A stretch of DNA of 64,000 bases from Octopus vulgaris (GCA_951406725.2 OX597815.1:6386001-6450000); one strand, 5' to 3'. Shown: positions 24,048 to 35,620, numbered from the stretch's first letter. Notes: generated by a model from the sequence alone, not told the origin. Numbers and translations are program-made.

Positions 24048-27000
24048 ATGAATGCGTCAGGCGGAGTCCCAGCTATGGACGGAGCGTTCGAACGGTTTAT
24101 CACGGCCGCCATCGCTACCATCATTACTATCATGTTTTCTTGGAGACTCTTAACCGATGTCAACGAGTACGACTCCACCATTCCCATCATTTCCCCTCCA
24201 CCGCCCAGACTGAAGCATCTCACAGAAGACAACCGGGAAACAGATGATAGTAATGATTACGATAACTTTTCAGACGCTGACGACGAAGCTGAAATCGAAC
24301 CCGCGACCTGCCAATTCAGAACCTTTGCTTTTGCAATGCCAGCGAGCCGCCAACATTCCGATCACAGCATTCCAGGTGTAACCAGTCATTCTAACATTCC
24401 GAGTGCAGCAGAGATGAGCAACGTTCGTTATCATTCCACAAACAGAGCTGACGACTGTTATCAAACGATGGCGATACCCAGAACGACAGACATACCTGGC
24501 GGATGTGCGGAGCAGGAGATAAGTTATCATCAACCTGTCGAGCCATTAGGCCTGAAGGCAAATAACACAGCAGTAGCAGCAACTGGTAGTAGTAGTAGTA
24601 GTAGTTGTAATAATACAGTTACTGCTGCTGCTTCTAGTACAGACATTAAAGTAGGCAGCACGGTAAGAAGCCACCCTATTGTAGCTAAGAGAGAGACAGG
24701 TAAAACTGTTTTTACGTTGAGTTCCGCCTCGCCGCTCCAACAAGTTGTATCACCCCCTCCGCTGGAAGGTGTTCACACCAGACCAAGGCTGCCCTCACTT
24801 CAGCTCGGCGGCAATTCTCCTCCGCAAAACCTCCTCGCTTCTGACGACTCGCTAATGACGACCGCACCGAGACGTTCGTCTCACACTTCTATCGAAGCAC
24901 CAACAACAACACCACCATGTCTTTCTTCTTCTTCTACATCGACAAACGTAAGTCGTTCTTCTTTAACTCAAACGTCGAGTCGTGGATCTCAGGTGAAGCG
25001 ACCACCTCCGCCATTGCCACCTCGACGACCTCAAGGTAGCGGCGGCGGCGGCGGTGGTGATGTTACACACACCACTATTAACAACAACAACAATAACTAT
25101 GATAATATTTCTTCTACTACTACCTCTATTGCTAGTCCAAATGACCGTAATACTAATGCTACCAACACACACACATCGACTGGCGATCAAACTAAAAAAC
25201 CTGCTGCCGCTCCTATATTAGGAAGACGAGCCATGGCGAACAACAATAAAAATAATGTTGCTAACAAAAACGAAAGCTGTCAGTCCACAAGTAGCAGCAA
25301 TAATAGTAGTAGAGGCAGCAGCAGTAGTGGTGGTAGTACCAGTGGTAGTACCAGCAGTCTTGTGTGTAACCGTGAGTTTCGAAATATTGTCGACGACGAT
25401 GACTTCAAGCAAATGGTACCCAGCCGTGAAATGAATTTCTTTCGTCCAAGGCATCGATATTGCCCTCCGCCGCCCTCGCCGTCCAATGTCCACTACTACG
25501 ATATCGATTCCGACTCAGACAGCGACTCCGAAGTTTTCTATTTCAACGGTCTGGAACCGATCGAGGAAGAAGACTCAGACGATCTATCCTCCGACAGCGA
25601 TCGATGCGAGGAGTACGAAGTGAAAGGAAGCTACCCACCCTCCGTCATTCACCACGACTACCACGACGACGACAACAACAATTTTCACACCTTCAACAGA
25701 AGCAGCAGCGGCAGCCTCGGCAGCAGCAACAGCAGCTACAAGCAACCCAGTTCGTTTAGTCTTACAGGTGTTCCAGCACGTGGCAATGCAGGTCTGTTAT
25801 TTTCATCTCACCCTGGTGACGCTGCTGCTACTACTACCATCAACAATCGAACGGCATCGTTGCTGTCTGCCAGCAGCAGTCATCATCATGATAATAATAT
25901 TAGTAGTAGTAGCAACAGCACCAGCATCAGCAGCTCGCCTCGCCAGCATGGCAGAAGTTTTACGACTGAAAACAAAAACAGTGAAGCTGCTAAGATTTGC
26001 GAGGGAAGTTCTGTGGATACGTCCTTCACGTCCCCTTATGTGTCGAGCAGCGATGAACCGACGGAGAGAGAAGAGCCGGAGGAGAAAGGCAAAGAAACAA
26101 GGCCATACAGTGTAGTAGAGGAATGTGACCAACCCAGGTACGAGGATGACGACACGAGTCGAGATAATAACAATGTCACCTACACACACGCTACAGCGAC
26201 TGTTGAACAGGCACCCATTATATGTCCACCTAAGCAGTTGTTTAATGTGCTGCCGTCCTCCACTTCGTCGTTTTCTCTATCAAACACTCATTCAACGTCA
26301 GTATTAACGCCGCCAGAACCACCGCCGCCGCCACCGCCAACAACAGCAACAGTTGATAATGTGATATCTACTAATAACATTCCAGTCCAACATATGTATA
26401 GAGGTAATAACAATGGAGATACGATAAACTATACATCGAAAGTTTGTGCAGAGGAACAGACGGGTTTTGTAACGATGCCTCCTCCGCCTCCTCCAAGTTC
26501 TGACCACTACCAACAACAACAACAACAGCAGCAAGAGTCTCGTGCCAGTAGTCTTGGTCAGGTGGACAATATCGATTCAACAAGCAAACAAACGACAGTT
26601 CGGTCGACGGAGGAACTGAGCAACTCGTTGAAGAAATCCTCGGTGACCGCTCGACCCCTCAGCCAGACCATCGGCGATTTAAGCGACACGTCACGTGATT
26701 TGACCACTTACAATGAAAATGCACTTTTGACTTTCACAACGTCCACGAACGAACGTTCGCAGCGAATCAAGGACGATTCTGTAAACCCTGCACAGACTCC
26801 TCAAAAGTCTCGGGAACGATCTTATTCCGATGGCGATGTCAACCCAGATGAAGAAACCTGCAGCAGTCCGTCTGAAAGTACTCATGGTCTTATGCTCGAT
26901 ATCCGAGCTAACGCTACAACGAAAGAGGAAACCGAGTCGTATGGAGATGAATTCCTAATCATGGGAAAAAATAATCTACAGAATTTCCAGACTCCTTCAC

Positions 27001-30000
27001 CGGATGTATACTGTTCCAACCAATCCAACTGGCCCATCCAGCTCTACTTTGATGCTACCAAATCCAATGCTGCCGAGAATCCACCTCGTGGTTTTACGTT
27101 TTCCTACTCAGAGCCGGGCGAAACGGCCTACAAAGCTCGCAGTTATTACGTCGAGAACTACGACAACAACAGCAACACTTTGAACAACAACAATGTTCAC
27201 CATGAATATGATGACCGTCGGAATATGTCAGAGCTTAATGAGAATAATAATTTATCTGCAGATGATCTAAAGTTTACTCCACCAAGGGACTATGTTGATA
27301 ACCCAGTGAGATTTGCTTCTGATGATATTAATGTCTTTACAGCTAGCAAGCTTGACAATGGCCCAGTGATAATTACAAGGGCCTTGTCGATGACGGAGGC
27401 TGAACCAAGTAGACAACCTGACAACTACACCAGTCTTGAACAGCAAAACAGATATCTGTCAAATTATAAGGAACCAGAGAGTATGGAAACTACATCATCT
27501 CGAGTACAGCATGGAGAAGGGAACCAACCACGAAGGACTTACAGCGAACAGGAAGCCGTGGAGAATGTTTTACAGTACGATGGATTAACCGAGAAGGATT
27601 TATATATTAACAAGTATTCGGATTACGTTCAGAGTGATTACGTTACCCTTGTTACTTTGGAAAAATCATACCCTGACATTTTAAAAAAAGGGAGTTTCAT
27701 TGAAAATAGCCAGGATATAAATTCCAATGATTACGTTAGGGAGGAGAGTATGGAAGACAGTGTGTTTCCTGATGTGGTAAAAAAAGATACGTACCCCGTC
27801 AGCTCCTCACATCAGGGTACTGTCGATCATGCACATGTATCGACTTTTCCTGATGTCTTAAACAAAGGAATCGTTGAAAAAACAGAGGATGTGATTTCTG
27901 AGGATTTTACCGTATTAGAGTGTAAAGAGAAACGACCATTTCCTGATATTGTTGATGGACAAGCTTACCATGTTAATGAGCACGCGGGTTATGGTCAGAA
28001 TTATTCTGTAATGCAGGAAGCGGCAGAAAAAACAGGTTTTCCTGATATAGTAAATAGAGAAGAATTCCATTTGGACAGACATTTACAAGAGACTCAGCAG
28101 GGTTACACAATGGAAAGTAAATTACTTGTTCATCAAGAACCAAAGGAATATATAATTAAAAATGAAATTCCTGTTGACTATAGCAGTCGATTGGATACAA
28201 AAGAGAAACCTAGTTCTGATTCAACGAGAAATTCTTCATACGTATCACACGTAGAAATGGGGGCTGTTTTGAAACCCCCATCTATTATAAAAAATGAGAA
28301 TCTGGCTCGTGATACATATTCTTTAACTACAAGTGTTGATCCTGTAAGAAAGGTAACTGTATCACCTGAAAGTCTGTCCAGTTCTGAATTAGGATTAAAA
28401 ACTGAACCAACAGCCAGTGAAGAACTTGTTTCTAGTATGGACTCTGAAGTAGAATTTGAAGTGTTCAAAAGCGAATGTTTAGCCCATTCTGAGGATTATA
28501 GCAGTTTATTGTCCCTTGAAAAGTTGGACGAGTCAGGTAACATGTACCCCAGTCAACACGAGATGTCTTCAAATAAAGCTGACAGTGAGAATTATGAGGG
28601 CAGCCTGTCTCTCGAAGAATACGACGAACTTGCAGACCTCGTTAGTGACCAGCTTAGTCCGCCTCCAACATCAGCCCTTCACAGACCATTGACAGTTAAC
28701 ACACACATAGGTGGCGGTCGTCAAGTTCCTTTAGTCCGACGGAAAATTAATGCTGTGCGGAAACGATATTTTGGCAGCGAAAACAACGTCTCCGATTTGG
28801 TTGAGGATGAAAATTCTGTGAGCAACCGATTTGCTCGATATCGCAAAACTTCTCTGAGGGCCTTGAAACGACGAGATGCTGCTAAGCGTCTCTCTTTACA
28901 CAATGACCCGGAGGCAATACACGCTTCAAGGATTAGGCCAAGCAAAAGTCTGAGCCACATCAGTCAACTCTATTTACGCAGTGAACCTGTATGTAAGTAC
29001 CCCCGTCCACCTTTCCATGAAATACACCCAGACTGTATATTGTCACCTGGCAATGCGGATAACCTTGAAGAATCTATTCAAGCTGCATCCATTGATAATC
29101 TCGAGTCCTGTTTGTCCCAATACGATTCCTTTTGTTCTTTGGTGGAGACGGACATAGACACAGGGGAAACAACTGAGAGACGGTTCAGTTTTGATAGTGA
29201 AGCTTTTGAAATTCCTTTCTCTTTTCAGCAATCCTATTTCGGCAAGTCAACGAGTCTAATGGATCTACGCTCAGAACAGCAACAGGTAAGGCGGTCGACC
29301 GGCAAAAGCCGGTTTGCTGACCGAAATGTACCAAAATCAAAGAGCATGCAGACACTTGAAACAAATCTTGACGATGATGATGATGAAGATGACCTTCTAG
29401 GTGAGTCAAGTTTTAGGCGAGTACCGTCCATTCATGAGCTGAGAGTGTCACGTTCTTTACAAAAATTAAATGTTCCGGCTTGGTACAAGAATTCAAGTGT
29501 GTCTCGCAGTGGTAGTTGCATTCTAAACAGAGACAATGACTCCATGAAATCTTTTGATTGGAGATTCAACGCAAGTCTTACTTCATCTCCAGCCAGCAGC
29601 ATCATTAGCCACCAAGCACCCGTTGTCATAAAAACACGTGTCACACCCAGCTATACTCGTTCATATTCTGCACCTCTGAAGACCCCTAAATTAGTGCTGC
29701 CTCCAAAGCCGGCTAATGTTCGACTACCAAGCGATCAATTCAGAAACCAAGAAAAGCCAAAAGGTTTGATGCCAATTCCAATAGTGCCCTTCTTAAAGAT
29801 CCGGGAAATGTTTGAAAAGAAGAGTCAAGAGAACAACTCCCAACCGACTTTTCCCGCTCCAGTCAGTCCCGTTTCTAAAACTCCTGTGAAAAATTCAAAA
29901 CCAGAACCACCAAAACGGATAACTCCAGTGAAACCCGATTCAATATCGCAAAGTAAAAAGTCTCCTGTCTCACCTGGATTTTCTCCGGCTCTACGGATCG

Positions 30001-31487
30001 ACGAAGCTATTGAAGAAACGAATGAAGAAGAAGAACTCATGGAAGACGCTGTAGATGCTGTCAGTTATAGTTATACCTCGACACAACCTAATGTAACACC
30101 TGTCAAATATGAAATTGCAAACGTCAGTGCTCCCGGACCTGTAACGCTTTCTACTGCTCCACCATTGACTAACGGTAATTCAACACATGTTCCAGAAGGC
30201 CGTCATGTATACTTCAATAACAGCCCTATAGTTGAGACCTGTGCGGAAGTGTCGAATCATGAAGTCCACGAACAGTACCATACTGTTGACCAGGCAGCAC
30301 CAATCATCCGTCGACCTGTAGCCCGACGACCAGTTGAAGCAGACATACAACAGCAGCAACAACAACAACTACAACAGCAACAGGATGAGCCATCAGCTAA
30401 AGCAACACTGTCAGAATCCAAAGCGCCATCTGAGACCGAGACGACGCAAGACGATTCGGAGAGTAAAGAGAAAAGCCGAAAGGTTGTGAAAGTATCCGAA
30501 CGAGTTCAAATGTACGACCAGGCATCATCGAGCAAGGAGCCAGAGAAAAATAAGGCAAGCAAAGAAAAAGATTGGAAACCGAAAATATTCAGTTTCCGGG
30601 ATAATAAAGTTGCTAAGAGCCAACCCAAGCAAACACCCCCACAACCACCGCCTCCAAAAGCCAAGCTCCCAGTGCCGTTCTTCCGAAACAGAAAAGGTAA
30701 GGGTGATATTAATGTATCCACTTCCCTTTCTCCTAACCCCGTAACAACATCCTCCTCTGCCACCCCTAATTCTAGTCATTTGCATGTAAACAATTTGTCT
30801 CCGACAAATGTTAGTCGTGACCCCAACATTACAAATACAACTAGTGAAAATTCTAAAAGTAGTATCTCTAACACCCATTACAATACTAATAGCAGCACTG
30901 TCCTTAATAAAAGTGATGAAAGTAGTAGTTGTAGAGCCCTTAATATGTATGATAAAACTAATAGCAGTAGTACCCTTAATACATATAAGAAAAATAATAC
31001 TAGTGCCCTTAACACACATTGCATTAATGGTTGTTCCCATACTAACAACTCACCCCTAATTATAAACAAAAATATATGTAGCTCTGAAAATGACCCTTTC
31101 TTTGAATTCTTGCAGAGACCACAGTATGACCCCTTGACCAGTGTCCATCAAGGTCGCCCTACGTCCATCGAGCAGATCCAGTCTTCGTTAGGCCGGCCAT
31201 ATATTGACCTTAGCTTTCGAATGCCGTCCCAACCACAGCAACCAATGCTTGATACTCTCAAACACTCCCCATTCTGTCGGCCGGTGTCTTCTGGAGATGA
31301 GCACTGTACCATATTTGGGCTAAGCATCAGTAAAAGGGATCAACCAGCAGCCCCACTGGTCAACACAGACCTGGGTAGCAGTTACGCTGAGAGTGTCTCC
31401 CTCAATCGAACTTGTAACACCGAGGTTGCTAATACAGATGCCAGCTTGGATGAAGTTCTTGAAAGTCTACTGGCTTTAAGGAACTAA
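24048..31487 (+). CDS. Giant ORF/exon encoding a ~2480-aa largely disordered S/T/N/P-rich protein of unknown family
   Basis: 7.44 kb without a stop in AT-rich DNA, higher GC than flanks, repeats mainly triplets, no TE insertions, no RT/transposase motifs; candidate acceptor 24060/24061 and donor AAAG|GTAAGG 30696/30697. Confidence 0.92.
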   Translation: MNASGGVPAMDGAFERFITAAIATIITIMFSWRLLTDVNEYDSTIPIISPPPPRLKHLTEDNRETDDSNDYDNFSDADDEAEIEPATCQFRTFAFAMPASRQHSDHSIPGVTSHSNIPSAAEMSNVRYHSTNRADDCYQTMAIPRTTDIPGGCAEQEISYHQPVEPLGLKANNTAVAATGSSSSSSCNNTVTAAASSTDIKVGSTVRSHPIVAKRETGKTVFTLSSASPLQQVVSPPPLEGVHTRPRLPSLQLGGNSPPQNLLASDDSLMTTAPRRSSHTSIEAPTTTPPCLSSSSTSTNVSRSSLTQTSSRGSQVKRPPPPLPPRRPQGSGGGGGGDVTHTTINNNNNNYDNISSTTTSIASPNDRNTNATNTHTSTGDQTKKPAAAPILGRRAMANNNKNNVANKNESCQSTSSSNNSSRGSSSSGGSTSGSTSSLVCNREFRNIVDDDDFKQMVPSREMNFFRPRHRYCPPPPSPSNVHYYDIDSDSDSDSEVFYFNGLEPIEEEDSDDLSSDSDRCEEYEVKGSYPPSVIHHDYHDDDNNNFHTFNRSSSGSLGSSNSSYKQPSSFSLTGVPARGNAGLLFSSHPGDAAATTTINNRTASLLSASSSHHHDNNISSSSNSTSISSSPRQHGRSFTTENKNSEAAKICEGSSVDTSFTSPYVSSSDEPTEREEPEEKGKETRPYSVVEECDQPRYEDDDTSRDNNNVTYTHATATVEQAPIICPPKQLFNVLPSSTSSFSLSNTHSTSVLTPPEPPPPPPPTTATVDNVISTNNIPVQHMYRGNNNGDTINYTSKVCAEEQTGFVTMPPPPPPSSDHYQQQQQQQQESRASSLGQVDNIDSTSKQTTVRSTEELSNSLKKSSVTARPLSQTIGDLSDTSRDLTTYNENALLTFTTSTNERSQRIKDDSVNPAQTPQKSRERSYSDGDVNPDEETCSSPSESTHGLMLDIRANATTKEETESYGDEFLIMGKNNLQNFQTPSPDVYCSNQSNWPIQLYFDATKSNAAENPPRGFTFSYSEPGETAYKARSYYVENYDNNSNTLNNNNVHHEYDDRRNMSELNENNNLSADDLKFTPPRDYVDNPVRFASDDINVFTASKLDNGPVIITRALSMTEAEPSRQPDNYTSLEQQNRYLSNYKEPESMETTSSRVQHGEGNQPRRTYSEQEAVENVLQYDGLTEKDLYINKYSDYVQSDYVTLVTLEKSYPDILKKGSFIENSQDINSNDYVREESMEDSVFPDVVKKDTYPVSSSHQGTVDHAHVSTFPDVLNKGIVEKTEDVISEDFTVLECKEKRPFPDIVDGQAYHVNEHAGYGQNYSVMQEAAEKTGFPDIVNREEFHLDRHLQETQQGYTMESKLLVHQEPKEYIIKNEIPVDYSSRLDTKEKPSSDSTRNSSYVSHVEMGAVLKPPSIIKNENLARDTYSLTTSVDPVRKVTVSPESLSSSELGLKTEPTASEELVSSMDSEVEFEVFKSECLAHSEDYSSLLSLEKLDESGNMYPSQHEMSSNKADSENYEGSLSLEEYDELADLVSDQLSPPPTSALHRPLTVNTHIGGGRQVPLVRRKINAVRKRYFGSENNVSDLVEDENSVSNRFARYRKTSLRALKRRDAAKRLSLHNDPEAIHASRIRPSKSLSHISQLYLRSEPVCKYPRPPFHEIHPDCILSPGNADNLEESIQAASIDNLESCLSQYDSFCSLVETDIDTGETTERRFSFDSEAFEIPFSFQQSYFGKSTSLMDLRSEQQQVRRSTGKSRFADRNVPKSKSMQTLETNLDDDDDEDDLLGESSFRRVPSIHELRVSRSLQKLNVPAWYKNSSVSRSGSCILNRDNDSMKSFDWRFNASLTSSPASSIISHQAPVVIKTRVTPSYTRSYSAPLKTPKLVLPPKPANVRLPSDQFRNQEKPKGLMPIPIVPFLKIREMFEKKSQENNSQPTFPAPVSPVSKTPVKNSKPEPPKRITPVKPDSISQSKKSPVSPGFSPALRIDEAIEETNEEEELMEDAVDAVSYSYTSTQPNVTPVKYEIANVSAPGPVTLSTAPPLTNGNSTHVPEGRHVYFNNSPIVETCAEVSNHEVHEQYHTVDQAAPIIRRPVARRPVEADIQQQQQQQLQQQQDEPSAKATLSESKAPSETETTQDDSESKEKSRKVVKVSERVQMYDQASSSKEPEKNKASKEKDWKPKIFSFRDNKVAKSQPKQTPPQPPPPKAKLPVPFFRNRKGKGDINVSTSLSPNPVTTSSSATPNSSHLHVNNLSPTNVSRDPNITNTTSENSKSSISNTHYNTNSSTVLNKSDESSSCRALNMYDKTNSSSTLNTYKKNNTSALNTHCINGCSHTNNSPLIINKNICSSENDPFFEFLQRPQYDPLTSVHQGRPTSIEQIQSSLGRPYIDLSFRMPSQPQQPMLDTLKHSPFCRPVSSGDEHCTIFGLSISKRDQPAAPLVNTDLGSSYAESVSLNRTCNTEVANTDASLDEVLESLLALRN

Positions 31488-33019
31488 ATCTATTTCTTTT
31501 GTTTTACTGAGAGACCAAAACTGTTTTTATCACATACAAATGCTTGGAGACACTCAGCACTTTCAAACAGTGGAAATAACTTAGTTGGACTCTAAAACTA
31601 ACTGGTAGAGGGAGGGGAGGGGGGGAGATATTCTTTATATATATATTTAAAACAAAAAAAAAAATGTCTTTCTTAAAACTCATATTTTTTCTCTCTGTAA
31701 AGTAAAAAAAAAAAAAAATAACAAACAAACAAACAAACACATGATTACCTAGATTTAATTTTATATTAACACTGAAAATATACTCCACAAAATTCGCCAT
31801 TAAAAAAAATATGTATGTATACATATGTGTATATATATATATTTTTAAAAAAAAATTTACACTTAATTTTTTTCGTGACACTTTGTTAAAACACGTGTCT
31901 TGGAAACGTCATCGCCCATCGTTATTTTAGCAGCATTTCGGTTTTAGGAAAACAATAAACAAGCATAAAAATTATTCTTTCTTCAATTTAGTAATTCTGC
32001 ATTTTTGTGTGTGTGTGAGAGAGAGAGTGTGTGTGTGCGTTAGTATATCTCTGTGTGCTTGTTAAGTGACTCGCATTTCTTTAGATTATATTTGTATGGC
32101 TCCTCTTAAACTAACGAAAAACACTGCAAAGATTTCTTTCTCAGGCATTGTTAAAAAATTTTTAAAAAATGTATGAATTAAATTATAAAAAAAATCACAG
32201 ATTAAAAACGAAGATTCTTCTATCAGCTCTGTATCGGAAACGTAAGCTAAACCAGAGCATAATAATCAATGGGGAAAAGAGAGTGAAAAAAAAGGCCACT
32301 CCCCCACCTCACCTTGAAATTAAATCAAGGCGAACGGATTTTGCATAATGTAATATTTCTAAAAATCCAAAAGCCAAAAAAAAAATTGAAAATAGGTTAT
32401 ATTAATAATGCAGTCTTTCGTGTAATGATTTACAAGGAGAATTGAACTAAGTCAAAACATTGAATAATAATATAATAATAATAATGATAATAATAACAAT
32501 AATGATAATAATAATGATAATAATAATGATAATAATAAACTGAGACTTCTGACAGGTTAGACAGTAAACGTCAATCAAGTACCAGTGCTAATATGTCCTT
32601 GGTGTATAAACAAGACATGTTTAGAAGGATTTATATCTACATAAGATATAATACTCCATTGAGTAGGTTTAATTGAGGTTGGCTGAATGCATAGCATTTT
32701 TTTTAATGACACCAGCAACAACAACAACAACAACAATAACCACCAGTAAAAAATATCTGTTTGCCACCATTTTCCTTGTTTATAATTGTGTTAGTATTCG
32801 TAGTATCAAGGAAGAGAAGTCAATGCTGAGGACACACAGACACACACACGCGTTTAGTGAAAGAACGTTTATAGAGCTGTGTGCTTAATTGGTTGTCATC
32901 GAGAGAGGAACTTAAGCGAAATACACTTAGATGTATCATCACAGCATTTATTTCGTAAACATCCTTTTTTTTTTTTTTTTTTGTAGATTGCATGTGATTA
33001 GGTTGATATGAAACATCGC

Positions 33020-33165
33020 TTCATTAAAACATAAACTTTCATTAAAAGATAATTACATTTTCATTAAAACATTAGACATTCATGGAAAGATAATTAGACC
33101 ATCGTTAAAACAATTAGACCTTCATTAAAATGAATCTTCGGTAAAATATACTTTCATTTAAAGAT
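33020..33165. repeat. Degenerate ~19-20-bp tandem repeat (TTCATTAAAACATTAGAC-like)
   Basis: About 7 units read directly. Confidence 0.6.
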
Positions 33166-34194
33166 GTTTTGGAATAGCTGCCCCTTGAAGTTCGATACCT
33201 TTTAGGAAAGGGATAAGGTACAGGAAATGTTAAACAGAAATCCATAATGAAAACAATTTGAAATTTTTGTGGAGAAATTTTTCCAGTATCGGAATTTTCA
33301 TTTGTATGCAAAATACAAAAACTATAAAGGGAAAAAAAAAAAATCTCTTTTCCTTTCCTATGAGGTATGGGACTTTGAAAGAAAGCTATACTAAAACTCC
33401 ACCCATTAAAAGCATATTGGACTTTCATTAAGATATATTAGATCTGAGCGTAAGGGCTGAAAAAACAGACTTCTGGTGTATAGCAACCTAACAAGTTCAA
33501 CTTAACGAGGAAACCCTGAGGATGATTTTTTTCACACAGAAATCTGTCTGGTGCTTGTGTTGTTTTTCTTCTTTTTTATTTTCATTTGCTGTCTTTTTTT
33601 ATTTGTTTTTCTACCAATCTGCCCCTGTCAAAACACAGGTACACACACATATATGCACATATACATAAACACGTATATATTTGTGTATAAACGTTTGTAT
33701 ATGTATTTGTGTGTGCATGTATATACATATATAGACTCAGCACATTTTGTTTCAAGCAACATTTCATTTTAGTTTGTCTCAACATTTTGTTTTGTTCAAC
33801 TACATTAAAAGATCAAGTACCAGTCACGTACTGGGGGACAATTTAATCAAAACTACTCCTTCCTGCTAAGATCATTTGTGGCCTTGTGCATATGTCAGCT
33901 ATGACTGCTTAACGACTTCATTATAGTGTGGTGGGTATGTATGGAAGGGAGGAGGTTGTGACTTTTGGTAAATACACTTACTGAGTGCCTTCACTGGATG
34001 TTTCCATGGCAATGCTTCTCAGGGGATTTGGTTCTGGTCTTGTACATTCTGAGTACAAATCCACCAGGGTAACTCTGCCTTACATTTCCTCCCAGAATTG
34101 AGGAAATAAAATCCTGGTCAAATATATATATACTGGAGTCGAATTCTATCGTCGAGATCTTGTTCCCCCAAAATTTGTGGCCTTATGCTAATAT

Positions 34195-34391
34195 TTCACC
34201 CTCGTTTATTTATTCACACTGTTTTCAATTAATCCTGGATTATCTCACAGCTTTGAGATTTCAATGATGCAATTGTTGCTTTTAGAACGGCATTGTAGGG
34301 TAGGTGTGAAAGACCAGATCTGACTGGTTTGAACATTAAGCAGTTAGAATATTTTGGTCAGATACGACTGGCTTAAATGCTAAAGGGTTAA
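34195..34391. mobile_element. Second piggyBac-like MITE family (partial)
   Basis: Ends AAATGCTAAAGGGTTAA; homologues at about 38965-39131 and 49440-49660. Confidence 0.7.
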
Positions 34392-34733
34392 GCATCAGTA
34401 TTTTCAGTGATTGACTCCAGTATGGCCAGTTTGCATTGACATCACAACATTCTAGAGTTGCCTTCTCTTTTACTTAAAATTTATTTTTCCAAAAATTTAA
34501 TATTTTATATTTGGAATTAAATTCCAGAAAATGTTTTGTGATGTCTTGAAAATTTTGCCTCCCATTATTTTGTGAATCGTTAAACATTGACACTTTGTAT
34601 AGTTTATTCATTTCCCATTTCCGTTTAATGAAATTCTATTTTCTGAAATGTACTGTAAAGCTTCTGGCTAAAATGATACGGCTGTAACAAATAAGGGGTT
34701 CAGGACATCTTGTGACAATGGTTACATTGGAGT

Positions 34734-35014
34734 CATGGGCCCGGTAACAGGGGGGTGCAGGTGGTGCAAGCGCACCCCCTAGAATTTTTGCAGAGTGCAG
34801 AACCAAAAGTTTGCAGCCCTACTTATTTTTCTCAGGTTTAGAAAACGGTAAATAGAAAGAGGTGTGTAAAAAGTAGCTTGGAGTTAGGTTCCTTCTCAAA
34901 GAACAAAACACAAAAATAACAAAAAAAAAAACCCAAATAAATAAGACCTTGTTTGTAAATATTTTTGGACCTGGGTTTGCAACCCCCTAAGCAAATTTCA
35001 TTCCCAAGCCAGTG
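34734..35014. mobile_element. hAT-like MITE with perfect 8-bp TSD
   Basis: ATTGGAGT at 34726-34733 and 35015-35022; CA...TG ends, GC-rich subterminal GCACCCCCT motifs. Confidence 0.75.
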
Positions 35015-35276
35015 ATTGGAGTATCAAGAGTTTTAGGATACCCTGCAACAGAACAGTTCAAAGCAGCGACAAAGTACCCAGGGTATCTTGTAAGAGATTC
35101 GTTATGAGACTAATGAGATTTTCAGGACACCTTATAGCAAGCAGAAGAGTTGAATGGCTAATATCAAGATTTTTAAGACATCTTTTGACACCAGAAAATA
35201 AAAAAGCAATAAGATGGTCGGAATATTCTGTACGAAAGAACCCTTGTGTGCCTCTAACAAGATGTTGCATAGATGT

Positions 35277-35620
35277 ATCATCATCATCGTTTAACGTCCG
35301 CTTTCCATGCTAGCATGGGTTGGATGGTTCGACTGGGGTCTGGGAAGCCAGGTAGCTGCACCAGGCTCCAGTCTGATCTGGCAGTGTTTCTACAGCTGGA
35401 TGCCTTTCCTAACACCAACCACTCCATGAGGAGTGTAGTGCATGCTTTTTATGTGCCACCGGCACAGGTGCCATGCGAGGCTGGCAATGGCCACAATCGG
35501 TTGGTGCTTTTTATGTGCCACCGGCACGGAGGCCAGTCAAGGCAGTGCTGGCAACAGCCACGTTCGGATGGTTCTTTTACGTGCCACCGGCACAGGTATC
35601 ACAACTACAATTTCCATTGA
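35277..35620 (-). mobile_element. Retroelement/SINE family D (Meta-domain-like) with (ATG)n tail
   Basis: Minus strand GGTTGGTGTTAGGAAAGGCATCCAGCTGTAGAAAC; three internal TTTTA(T/C)GTGCCACCGGCAC repeats; older copies near 36950, 41620, 46890, 48295. Confidence 0.65.

Noticed and set aside
24270-31069. Overlapping and antisense ORFs inside the giant ORF
   Set aside because: Shadows of low-complexity coding sequence with no independent motifs
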